64,000 nt of DNA from Candidatus Staskawiczbacteria bacterium RIFOXYB1_FULL_38_37 (GCA_001822075.1 MHPK01000007.1:5975-69974); one strand, 5' to 3'. Shown: positions 44,848 through 52,274, numbered from the stretch's first letter. Numbers and translations: made by a program. Notes: a model not told the origin generated them from the letters alone.

Positions 44848-44875
44848 ATTATAGTCAAACAAAAAGGCTTGTCAA
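44848..44875 (-). promoter_or_regulatory. promoter TTGACA-16-TATAAT
   Basis: Minus strand reads tttgacaagcctttttgtttgactataatt. Confidence 0.6.
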
Positions 44876-44910
44876 ACAAAACCCTGTGGAAAACAAAGTG
44901 TTGCGAAATG

Positions 44911-44981
44911 TGGACCCACCGGGAATTGAACCCGGCCCTCTTCCATGCCATGGAAGCGTAATGCCAATTTACTATGGGCCC
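44911..44981 (-). tRNA. tRNA-Ala (anticodon GGC)
   Basis: GGGCCCAUAGUAAAUUGGCAUUACGCUUCCAUGGCAUGGAAGAGGGCCGGGUUCAAUUCCCGGUGGGUCCA, with G3:U70, A73 and loop AUGGCAU. Confidence 0.88.
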
Positions 44982-45283
44982 CTCACCTAGAAACTTATTT
45001 TAGGCTGTTTTTGATTCTTCTTTTTAGTTGCGAATATGCTTGGGCAAATCTTTTTAGATTATTCTCTCTGAATTTTGCATCTGCTATGCTTTTGTATGAT
45101 TCATAATATACTAATTCATATGGATATTTATTTTTTGTGTACTTACTCTTGCCAGTATTGTGTTCTTTCATTCTTCTGATTAAATTATCTGTATACCCAA
45201 TATATACGCTATTATCTTTTTTACTTTTTATTACATAAACATAGAACATAATATAAATTTATAGGTGAGGGGCTATGGGCCCC
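44972..45283 (-). mobile_element. GIY-YIG cassette bounded by 12-bp inverted repeats and an 11-bp direct repeat of the tRNA-Ala 5' end
   Basis: Inverted repeat gcccctcaccta (44978-44989) / taggtgaggggc (45262-45273). Direct repeat ctatgggcccc at 44972-44982 and 45273-45283. Confidence 0.55.
44995..45249 (-). CDS. GIY-YIG nuclease domain protein (stand-alone URI-type)
   Basis: 84 aa: MFYVYVIKSKKDNSVYIGYTDNLIRRMKEHNTGK...YYESY...A..RE..LK. Confidence 0.8.
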   Translation of the reverse strand: MFYVYVIKSKKDNSVYIGYTDNLIRRMKEHNTGKSKYTKNKYPYELVYYESYKSIADAKFRENNLKRFAQAYSQLKRRIKNSLK

Positions 45284-45339
45284 AATATATTTATAATACT
45301 TGTTTTTTGAAAAATTTCAATGAAATTGAAAAAATATTA

Positions 45340-45455
45340 AACCCCGTCACCAATTTCGGCGATGTTTGCTAAAACTTATAGAGAGTTTGTCGGGCGAAGC
45401 GCCTTCGGCTGTCTTTATGCCAAATACTTTATTGTGGTCAAATTGGTGAGGGGTT
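45340..45455. mobile_element. 116-nt miniature element / long hairpin with the same termini as the GIY-YIG cassette
   Basis: aaccccgtcaccaattt (45340-45356) pairs with aaattggtgaggggtt (45440-45455). The interior carries a gcgaag-cgc-cttcgg GC hairpin. Confidence 0.5.
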
Positions 45456-45552
45456 ATTTTGGCTTTTATTTATTTGGAAATGTAGCCAAAATAAAAAGCC
45501 AGAGTGGGGTCAGCACAATGGCTCATCGGCGAAAAGTTATTCTTTCTCTTCC

Positions 45553-45660
45553 TCAGTTTGGGAAAAGAAATGTGAGGATGGCCATCAGGCCGCAGTAAAT
45601 GGCAAAAAGCCATCCTGCAGTCATGAGAAAACCCTTCACCGCTGTTTTGATGCTTTTCAT
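45553..45660 (-). CDS. 35-aa hydrophobic peptide (MKSIKTAVKGFLMTAGWLFAIYCGLMAILTFLFPN)
   Basis: GGAG lies 7 nt upstream of the ATG at 45660 and a consensus promoter lies upstream. The ORF is below the track cutoff. Confidence 0.35.
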   Translation of the reverse strand: MKSIKTAVKGFLMTAGWLFAIYCGLMAILTFLFPN

Positions 45661-45734
45661 CTTGCATCTCCAATCCTAAAAAAGAGCTCCGCAAATCCTG
45701 CGGCAGGAACTAAGGCAAAATGCCCTAATATTTT

Positions 45735-45763
45735 ATTATAGCATACCCAAACCCATAAGTCAA
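45735..45763 (-). promoter_or_regulatory. consensus promoter TTGACT-17-TATAAT
   Basis: Minus strand reads atttgacttatgggtttgggtatgctataataaa. Confidence 0.65.
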
Positions 45764-45768
45764 ATATT

Positions 45769-46869
45769 TTAGCGCTTAATAAAACTCTTCAGTTTTTCTA
45801 TGGTTTGGTCGTAGGTTGGGCGGTCAACAGGGTATGGCGTTGCGTCTTTTCCTCCGTGGGCAAAAGAATATCTTGCCGGGTCTTCATATGAGGGCTTGGC
45901 TCCGTAAATAACTTCTGCCACCAATGCCAAAGCCCTAATTGTTTTCGGTCCCACTCCTTGTGTTGCCAGAAGCTTTTCATAGTTTTCTGGCTTTTGGTCG
46001 CACAATCGCCATAAAATTTTTTCTAAGTATTTGCTTTTACTAAAATCTTCTGTCACGACAGGGTGCCATTTAAATTCTTTAGTTTCTAAATTTAATAAAG
46101 TTAATTGTTCTTTTCCTTTTTGCAGCTTTATAGTTTGCGATAACGGCGTGCAGTATTTTCTCAAAAACGTAATATCTTTCATTAAAGTATTAAAGCTTTG
46201 CGAAACCAATCCTGTGCTCAATCCCCTGTTTTGTTTGCTTTTATCTGCTGTCATATTCAAAACACTTTTTATTTTAACGGCGCTTTCAATACCGGAATGC
46301 GGTTCTTCAATTAAATCTTTTATATTTTCCGAAAACCAATGGTAGCGCCTGGCGCTTTGCGCGCTTACATTCATCCCTTGTTGCACAACTGTCCATGCGC
46401 CGTTTTTCGTAAAGAAAAAACTGTGGTGGTAAATTTGAAATCCATCTTGCACTAATGAGCTGTCTACTTTGGTAGCCATTTTTGAGTTATATACTAAAGC
46501 ATTGGCGCTTTTTTCCGCCAAGTTTATTTTTTCAGACCAGTTTAAAATTTCGTCCGGAGTTTTGCGCGAAGTTTTTCCTTTACCTCCGCAAATAAAAATT
46601 CCTAAATCTTTTTCAGACCCGCGTATCGCTTCTTTTAAAGCCGCTGTTAAAATTGTTGTTAAGCCGGAAGCATTCCAATCAAAAGCCAAAACAGTTCCCA
46701 GCGACTGAAACCACACAGGGTCTGAAATTCTTTTTACAAATTCGTCCGGGCCTTCTTCTGCCACAATGGCGTAAATCATTCTTTTAGACAACAAAACCAT
46801 TCTGTCAAAAAGCCACTTCGGGCACTTTCCATAATCTAAACCAAAAGTTGCAATACCCTTTGATATCAT
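45769..46869 (-). CDS. DUF763-family protein
   Basis: 366 aa. The N-terminus GLDYGKCPKWLFDRMVLLSKRMIYAIV matches my recollection of the DUF763 signature. Function unknown. Confidence 0.65.
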   Translation of the reverse strand: MISKGIATFGLDYGKCPKWLFDRMVLLSKRMIYAIVAEEGPDEFVKRISDPVWFQSLGTVLAFDWNASGLTTILTAALKEAIRGSEKDLGIFICGGKGKTSRKTPDEILNWSEKINLAEKSANALVYNSKMATKVDSSLVQDGFQIYHHSFFFTKNGAWTVVQQGMNVSAQSARRYHWFSENIKDLIEEPHSGIESAVKIKSVLNMTADKSKQNRGLSTGLVSQSFNTLMKDITFLRKYCTPLSQTIKLQKGKEQLTLLNLETKEFKWHPVVTEDFSKSKYLEKILWRLCDQKPENYEKLLATQGVGPKTIRALALVAEVIYGAKPSYEDPARYSFAHGGKDATPYPVDRPTYDQTIEKLKSFIKR

Positions 46870-46894
46870 ATATTAATTCTACCAGTTATTGCAA

Positions 46895-46931
46895 TTATTT
46901 TAAAATTTTAAATTTAGAATTTAGAATTTAC
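46895..46931. repeat. 7-bp-periodic A/T-rich array upstream of the DUF763 gene
   Basis: attttaa atttaga atttaga atttact and neighbouring units. Confidence 0.6.
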
Positions 46932-46932
46932 T

Positions 46933-46958
46933 AAAAAACAGCCTTTCAGCTGTTTTTT
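46933..46958. terminator. bidirectional terminator aaaaaacagc-ctttca-gctgtttttt
   Basis: Perfect arms with A and T runs, downstream of tRNA-Lys. Confidence 0.75.
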
Positions 46959-46967
46959 AGTTTGTTG

Positions 46968-47040
46968 TGCCCTCACCGCGACTCGAACGCGGAACCAATT
47001 CCTTAAAAGGGAATTGCTCTACCAATTGAGCTATGAGGGC
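46968..47040 (-). tRNA. tRNA-Lys (anticodon UUU)
   Basis: GCCCUCAUAGCUCAAUUGGUAGAGCAAUUCCCUUUUAAGGAAUUGGUUCCGCGUUCGAGUCGCGGUGAGGGCA, with loop CUUUUAA. Confidence 0.9.
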
Positions 47041-47068
47041 ATGCCACATTTTATTTTATAAAATGTGG

Positions 47069-47103
47069 AATTTTTAATTTTTAATTTTTAATTTTAAATT
47101 AAT
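47069..47103. repeat. 7-bp-periodic array (AATTTTT x3 and variants) upstream of tRNA-Lys
   Basis: aattttt aattttt aattttt aatttta aattaat. Confidence 0.6.
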
Positions 47104-47124
47104 CAGTGTCGCTTCGCGACATTA

Positions 47125-48216
47125 TTATAATCCTTCCTTTTTTAGTTGTTCTAATATTTTTTTCTGCTCCTTTGTCAGTTTTTTCGGGGTTTTGATTTTT
47201 AGTATAACATATAGGTTTCCTTTTCCATATCCTGAAAAATGAGGAATGCCCTTTCCTGAAATTCTTAAAATTTTTCCAGATTCTGTTCCTGCCGGCGCTT
47301 CTAATAAAATATTTGTCCCTTCAAGGGTCTTCATTTCAATTTTATCTCCTAATGCTGACTGAGAAAAATTTATCTGGACTTCTGTGAATAAATCATCTCC
47401 CCTTCTTTCAAAATTAGTATTGTTTTTTACAAGTATTCTTGCAAAAAGGTTTCCTGGCTTTCCGCCTTTTTTGCCAGCATCGCCCTTTCCCTCAATTTTA
47501 ATGACTTGGTTTGTGTCAACGCCAGCTGGTATGTGTATTTCTATTTTATCTTCAGCTTTTATTCTGCCTTCGCCCCTGCAAACATTGCACGGCTTTTCGG
47601 GAATGTTTCCTTCGCCTTTGCACTCAGGGCATGTGGTGATTGTTGTATAAGACCCTAAAAAGGTTTTTTTAACCTGCTGGACCTGTCCTGCGCCCCTGCA
47701 TGAAAAACATTCTTTTGTTTTGGTTCCAGGTTCAGCCCCGCTTCCTTCGCATCTCCTGCAAACAGCATACTTTAATATGTTTATTTTTTCAACACTTGAT
47801 TTTAAAACCTTTTCCAATGGTATTTCTATATCAACCTGTATGTCTCTTCCTTTTTTATGGTCTTTTTTTGCAGTTTTTCTTGCGCCGCCTCCAAAAAAGC
47901 TTTCAAAAATATCTCCAACTTCTTCAAAATCAAATTCCACTTCCTGCTGGGGCCTATTGCCCCACATCCAGCTAAAATCGAAGCCCTGTCCGCCTGGGCC
48001 TGTTGGGCCTTGCTGGTCAAAAACTCTGCCAAACTGGTCATACTGCTCGCGTTTTTTGCTATCTGAAAGCACCTGGTACGCCTCATTTATTTCTTTAAAT
48101 TTCTTTTCATCTCCGCCTTTGTCAGGATGATATTTATGCGCCAGTTTATGAAAGGCTTTTTTAATATCCTCTTGCGACGCGCTTCGCGTCACTCCAAGGA
48201 TTTCATAGTAATCCAT
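47125..48216 (-). CDS. dnaJ: molecular chaperone DnaJ
   Basis: 363 aa with a J domain (HPD), a G-rich linker and four CxxCxGxG repeats. Confidence 0.96.
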   Translation of the reverse strand: MDYYEILGVTRSASQEDIKKAFHKLAHKYHPDKGGDEKKFKEINEAYQVLSDSKKREQYDQFGRVFDQQGPTGPGGQGFDFSWMWGNRPQQEVEFDFEEVGDIFESFFGGGARKTAKKDHKKGRDIQVDIEIPLEKVLKSSVEKINILKYAVCRRCEGSGAEPGTKTKECFSCRGAGQVQQVKKTFLGSYTTITTCPECKGEGNIPEKPCNVCRGEGRIKAEDKIEIHIPAGVDTNQVIKIEGKGDAGKKGGKPGNLFARILVKNNTNFERRGDDLFTEVQINFSQSALGDKIEMKTLEGTNILLEAPAGTESGKILRISGKGIPHFSGYGKGNLYVILKIKTPKKLTKEQKKILEQLKKEGL

Positions 48217-48234
48217 ATCTTTTGCTTTGCAAAA

Positions 48235-48331
48235 GAAATTCGAAATTCGAATATCGAAATTCGAAACGTTTTTATGATTTCGAATTTAGAATTTTAAATT
48301 TGTTTCGGATTTCGGATTTCGTGCTTCGAAT
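48235..48331. repeat. 7-bp-periodic TTCGAA-rich array filling the dnaK-dnaJ spacer
   Basis: gaaattc gaaattc gaatatc gaaattc ... atttcga atttaga attttaa atttgtt tcggatt tcggatt tcgtgct tcgaatt. Confidence 0.75.
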
Positions 48332-50245
48332 TTACTTCTCGGTGTATTTTCCTTCTTCTGCGTTATCGTTGTTTTCTTTTGGCTCTTCTGGTTTTGGTTC
48401 GCCAGCTGGCGGACTGTTTTTATAAAGTTCTGTTCCGATTTTCTGCATTATTTGCGACAGTTCCTGGGTTTTTGATTTAACATCTTCTATATTACCACTT
48501 TTTTGGGCTGTTTTCAATGCTTCTATTTTTTCTTCGGCTTCTTTTTTCTCTTCTGCTTTTATTTTATCGCCGGCTTCTTTAATTGTTTTTTCAGAATCAT
48601 AAACCAAGCTGTCTGCCATATTTTTGGCTTCAATTTCCGCCTGCTTCTTTTTATCTTCTTCTGCGTGCAATTCGGCCTCTTTTTTCATTCTTTCAACTTC
48701 TTCTTTTGAAATTCCGGCAGAGCTTTCAATCCTTATTGACTGGGATTTTCCCGTTGCCTTGTCTTTTGCCGACACATTTAAAATTCCATTGGCGTCAATG
48801 TCAAAGCTAACTTCAATTTGCGGAATGCCTCTTGGCGAGGGCGGTATGCCGTCTAAAATAAACCTGCCCAAAGTTTTATTATCTTGAGCCATCGGCCTTT
48901 CGCCCTGCAAAACATGCACTTCAACTGATGTCTGGCTGTCAGTAGCTGTTGAAAAGACCTGATTTTTAGCTGTTGGAATTGTTGTGTTTTTAGCGATTAA
49001 AATCGTATTTACAGAACCGTAAGTTTCAATGCCCAAAGATAAAGGAGTGACATCCAGCAATAACACATCTTTGCCGGCCGTTCCAGACATAATTCCGCCC
49101 TGAACCGCAGCTCCAATAGCAACAACTTCGTCTGGGTTTACTTCTTTGTTTGGCTCTTTGCCAAAGAATTTTTTAACTTCTTCTATTATTTTTGGCATTC
49201 TTGTCTGTCCTCCAACTAAAACAATTTCGTTAATGTCTTTTGCATCAAGACCGGCGTCCTTCATTGTTTGTTTTACCAAGCTTATGGATTTATCAATGTA
49301 TTCTTGCGCCAATGACTCAAACTTAGACCTGCTCAATTTATAAAGCAAGTGCTTTGGCCCCGAGGAATCAGAAGTAATAAACGGCAAATTAATTTCTGTT
49401 TCCAAACTTGAAGATAATTCTATTTTTGCTTTTTCAGCAGCTTCTTTTATCCTTTGCAAAGCCAAGTTGTCTTTTGCCAAATCAACTCCGTTTTCTTTTT
49501 TAAATTCTGCAACTATCCAGTCCATAATTTTTTGGTCAAAGTCGTCTCCCCCAAGGTGCGTGTCGCCGCCTGTTGCTTTTACCTCAATGCTTCCCTGCGA
49601 CTCTTTGTCGTCGCCCTCAGACATTACAATTTCCATAACAGTAACGTCAAAGGTTCCGCCGCCAAAATCATAAACTACAATTTTTTCATCTTTCTTTTTG
49701 TTTAAACCGTATGCCAACGCCGCGGCAGTCGGCTCATTGATAACTCTTCTCACATTAAACCCAGCAATCTCTCCTGCGACTTTTGTTGCTTTTCTCTGGG
49801 CGTCGTCAAAATACGCAGGGCAGGTAATAATTGCGTCAGTAATGGTTTCGCCCAACTTGGCTTCTGCATCTGCTTTCAATTTTTGCAAAATCATAGCTGA
49901 AATTTCAGCTGGCTTTAACCATTTATCGCCCATTTTAACTTCCACTCCGCCATCTGAAGCCTCTTTTATTTCGTAGGGCATTAATTTTTTGTCTTTTTGG
50001 ACTTCGGGGTCAGAAAATTTTCTGCCGATTAATCTTTTAACAGAAAAAATGGTGTTATGGGGATTTGTTACTGCCTGTCTTTTAGCTAAAACTCCGACAA
50101 CCCTTTCGCTGTTTTTTGTAACAGCAACAATAGACGGGGTTGTCCTTGCCCCTTCTTTGTTTTCAATAATTTTTGCCTCCCCACCCTCAACCACAGCCAT
50201 GGCTGAAAAAGTTGTTCCTAAATCTATACCTAATATTTTTGACAT
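48332..50245 (-). CDS. dnaK: molecular chaperone DnaK (Hsp70)
   Basis: 637 aa with [18 protein letters not shown] and [10 protein letters not shown]. Confidence 0.97.
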   Translation of the reverse strand: MSKILGIDLGTTFSAMAVVEGGEAKIIENKEGARTTPSIVAVTKNSERVVGVLAKRQAVTNPHNTIFSVKRLIGRKFSDPEVQKDKKLMPYEIKEASDGGVEVKMGDKWLKPAEISAMILQKLKADAEAKLGETITDAIITCPAYFDDAQRKATKVAGEIAGFNVRRVINEPTAAALAYGLNKKKDEKIVVYDFGGGTFDVTVMEIVMSEGDDKESQGSIEVKATGGDTHLGGDDFDQKIMDWIVAEFKKENGVDLAKDNLALQRIKEAAEKAKIELSSSLETEINLPFITSDSSGPKHLLYKLSRSKFESLAQEYIDKSISLVKQTMKDAGLDAKDINEIVLVGGQTRMPKIIEEVKKFFGKEPNKEVNPDEVVAIGAAVQGGIMSGTAGKDVLLLDVTPLSLGIETYGSVNTILIAKNTTIPTAKNQVFSTATDSQTSVEVHVLQGERPMAQDNKTLGRFILDGIPPSPRGIPQIEVSFDIDANGILNVSAKDKATGKSQSIRIESSAGISKEEVERMKKEAELHAEEDKKKQAEIEAKNMADSLVYDSEKTIKEAGDKIKAEEKKEAEEKIEALKTAQKSGNIEDVKSKTQELSQIMQKIGTELYKNSPPAGEPKPEEPKENNDNAEEGKYTEK

Positions 50246-50262
50246 ATGTTTATTTGAATAAT

Positions 50263-50574
50263 TTAATTATATTTTATTTCTATATTTAATTTTTTGGCAA
50301 ATTGAATTTCTTTTTTCATTCCTTCAGAAATTTTATCTCCAAAAACCCAAACTTCATCGCATAATTTAAGCAATTCTAATCCCATTTCCATTCCTATATC
50401 TCTTTCTTCTGAATTATTATCATCTAAAAATTGGGTAAAATAAATGTGAGAAGCAATGGGCAAAAATCCTTTTAAAGAAACATCTCGGCAATGTTCTTTG
50501 GCTTTCTCAATATTTTCCTCTATGTTCCCAGACAAAGGACTGCAGATATAAATTTTTTTTCTATCTCCCGTCAT
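50263..50574 (-). CDS. small protein, nucleoside 2-deoxyribosyltransferase-like / DUF4406-like (tentative)
   Basis: 103 aa with [11 protein letters not shown]...[22 protein letters not shown], a pattern reminiscent of DUF4406 proteins. Confidence 0.45.
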   Translation of the reverse strand: MTGDRKKIYICSPLSGNIEENIEKAKEHCRDVSLKGFLPIASHIYFTQFLDDNNSEERDIGMEMGLELLKLCDEVWVFGDKISEGMKKEIQFAKKLNIEIKYN

Positions 50575-50617
50575 ATTTCTTATTTAATAATTTTATTTTT
50601 TAATTATTTTTCTGACT

Positions 50618-50672
50618 CCCGCGTTGGTTGTCATATGACAACCTGAAAATTTTAATTTCGTTATTCCGCGGG
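50618..50672. repeat. nested palindrome in the intergenic spacer (cccgcg ... ggttgtcatatgacaacc ... cgcggg)
   Basis: 18-nt perfect palindrome at 50626-50643 inside 6-bp outer arms. Confidence 0.7.
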
Positions 50673-50685
50673 TGGTTTTATCGCC

Positions 50686-50985
50686 TTAGAATCCGACTTT
50701 GTTTTCTTCCTGGGTGGTTTTCGGTCTTTCGGGCAATTGGGTTTTTATTTCGCCGAATTGTTTTTCGTAGTTTTCAATCTGCTGTTTTAGAAGAAGATAA
50801 ATTCTTTTCGCGTGCTTTGGGGTTGCTGTAAACTGCCTGCCCTGATTTCCTGATGTTAACAAAAAGTGAAAGCTCTCTTCGTTAAAAACCATATTGACCA
50901 TGGTTATCATATAAGAATTTGGGTCTAAATTTACTTGAATTTGCTGCGGCCCGTCATGAGCCGCGCCGAATGATTCTTTTTCCAT
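50686..50985 (-). CDS. DUF3467-family protein
   Basis: 99 aa. The pattern NMVFNEESFHFLL ... ATPKHAKRIYLLLKQQIENYEKQFGEI matches my recollection of the DUF3467 pattern. Confidence 0.6.
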   Translation of the reverse strand: MEKESFGAAHDGPQQIQVNLDPNSYMITMVNMVFNEESFHFLLTSGNQGRQFTATPKHAKRIYLLLKQQIENYEKQFGEIKTQLPERPKTTQEENKVGF

Positions 50986-51016
50986 AATCTTTGTAATTAA
51001 TTATTTTTTTCTGTAT

Positions 51017-51038
51017 CAGGTTGTCCTACAACAACCTG
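51017..51038. repeat. hairpin caggttgt-cctaca-acaacctg
   Basis: 8-bp arms. It shares the ggttgt/acaacc core with 50626-50643 and 52289-52296. Confidence 0.6.
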
Positions 51039-51116
51039 CGCTTTTCTTCTTTTAGGTTAATGCTTATTAGCTTGACCTGTTGCTACTTTCATTGCTAATG
51101 TCATGTCTCATGTCAC

Positions 51117-51140
51117 ATCTACTGTCAAATGACAGTAGAT
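51117..51140. repeat. 24-nt perfect palindrome atctactgtca-aa-tgacagtagat
   Basis: Lies just downstream of the grpE stop. Confidence 0.7.
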
Positions 51141-51159
51141 AATTACGTAACAGATAATG

Positions 51160-51669
51160 TTACTGGCAATGTTGCTCTGTGACTTTTACTTTAGCAGGGG
51201 TAATAACCTTGCCATGCATTGTGTACCCGCGCTGGGTTTCCTCTGCAACAATGCCGTCTTCACCCTCATTTGAGGCAGGAACCCTGCCTACAGCTTCCAT
51301 TGTGTTTGGGTCAAACTGTTTTCCTAAAACCTCAATATGCTCAACTCCTTCCTTTTTTAATAAATCTTCCATTTGCTTTTTAATTTGCAAAAGCCCCTCG
51401 TCTTCAATATGCTTTTCTGCCAAACAAAAATTATCCAAAATCGGCAAAATTTTTAAAATTAATTCTTCGTTTGCATATTTTATAATTATTCCAATTCTTT
51501 CCATTTCTTCTTTTTTGTGGTTTAAAAAATCAGCCCGCTCCCTTTTCCAGCCATTCAAATACTCCTCGCACTTTGTTTTGCACTCTTCCAGTTTATCTAT
51601 ATTCTCGTCCTTTGCCTCGCCGAAGCCTTCGGCGGAGGCGGGTTTTTTTATATTTTTTTCTTCTGCCAT
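51160..51669 (-). CDS. grpE: nucleotide exchange factor GrpE
   Basis: 169 aa with a coiled coil plus beta domain (LRERADFLNHKKE..., VLGKQFDPNTMEAV). The N-terminus contains the repeat-encoded PASAEGFGEAK. Confidence 0.9.
   Translation of the reverse strand: MAEEKNIKKPASAEGFGEAKDENIDKLEECKTKCEEYLNGWKRERADFLNHKKEEMERIGIIIKYANEELILKILPILDNFCLAEKHIEDEGLLQIKKQMEDLLKKEGVEHIEVLGKQFDPNTMEAVGRVPASNEGEDGIVAEETQRGYTMHGKVITPAKVKVTEQHCQ
51608..51643. repeat. 36-nt GC-rich palindromic repeat, copy in grpE
   Basis: tcctttgcctcgccgaagccttcggcggaggcgggt, identical to 51918-51953. Confidence 0.95.
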
Positions 51670-51670
51670 G

Positions 51671-52198
51671 TTAAAAATTTTCCAATTCTTTAATTATTTT
51701 ATTTATAATATCTATGTTTTTATTGTGAGCTGTTTTTGACGGGCCCAATATCTCCAAAATTTCAAATAAATTATCATTGTTTTGTATTCTTGTATAATTT
51801 AACGTTGTTGAGACCTCTGACAATGACTTCATTAACTCCTCTGCCAGTTTCATTTCCTCTTCTATCTGCTGGTGGGCTGTTTTGATTTGTCGGGCGATAA
51901 AATCTGAGAAAGCATCTTCCTTTGCCTCGCCGAAGCCTTCGGCGGAGGCGGGTCGTTCTGCAGAAATTTTTTCTGCAAAATATCTGTATGCTTTTTGTGT
52001 TGGCACTCTACCTGCCGATGTGTGGGGTTGTGTAATATATCCTGCTTCTGTTAATTCTTGCAAATCATTTCTTATTGTCGCTCCGCAAACATCCAAATCT
52101 GTAATTTTTTTTAATGCTAAAGAACTAACAGGTTCGGCTGTGCTTATATATTCTCTAACCAGAAAATTTAATAATTTTTCCTGCCTTTTTGTTATCAT
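51671..52198 (-). CDS. hrcA: heat-inducible repressor HrcA, short form (175 aa)
   Basis: The N-terminal wHTH (RQEKLLNFLVREYISTAEPVSSLAL...GATIRNDLQELTEAGYITQPHTSAGRVPT) matches HrcA. It is roughly half the usual length and contains the repeat-encoded PASAEGFGEAK. Confidence 0.8.
   Translation of the reverse strand: MITKRQEKLLNFLVREYISTAEPVSSLALKKITDLDVCGATIRNDLQELTEAGYITQPHTSAGRVPTQKAYRYFAEKISAERPASAEGFGEAKEDAFSDFIARQIKTAHQQIEEEMKLAEELMKSLSEVSTTLNYTRIQNNDNLFEILEILGPSKTAHNKNIDIINKIIKELENF
51918..51953. repeat. 36-nt GC-rich palindromic repeat, copy in hrcA
   Basis: Identical to 51608-51643 and read in the same frame. Confidence 0.95.
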
Positions 52199-52227
52199 TA
52201 TCAGTTGATAATTATGAGTGATAATCT

Positions 52228-52256
52228 ATCTTATTAAATTAGCAATCACTTGTCAA
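52228..52256 (-). promoter_or_regulatory. hrcA operon promoter (TTGACA-17-TAAGAT)
   Basis: Minus strand reads cttgacaagtgattgctaatttaataagat. It overlaps the CIRCE-like element. Confidence 0.5.
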
Positions 52257-52265
52257 GAGTGATAA
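52239..52265. promoter_or_regulatory. CIRCE-like operator TTAGCAATC-N9-GAGTGATAA
   Basis: Compare the consensus TTAGCACTC-N9-GAGTGCTAA: one mismatch in each 9-nt half, with the N9 spacing kept. Lies directly upstream of hrcA. Confidence 0.7.
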
Positions 52266-52274
52266 GTGATAAAT

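Noticed and set aside
48235-48331. CRISPR array or minisatellite
   Set aside because: The units are 7 bp with no spacers, there are no cas genes, and the array is far too short and degenerate for a CRISPR.
48222-48425. 67-aa ORF ([26 protein letters not shown]...) in the dnaK-dnaJ spacer
   Set aside because: It is a translation of the TTCGAA heptad array on the strand opposite the operon, and it overlaps the dnaK 3' end.
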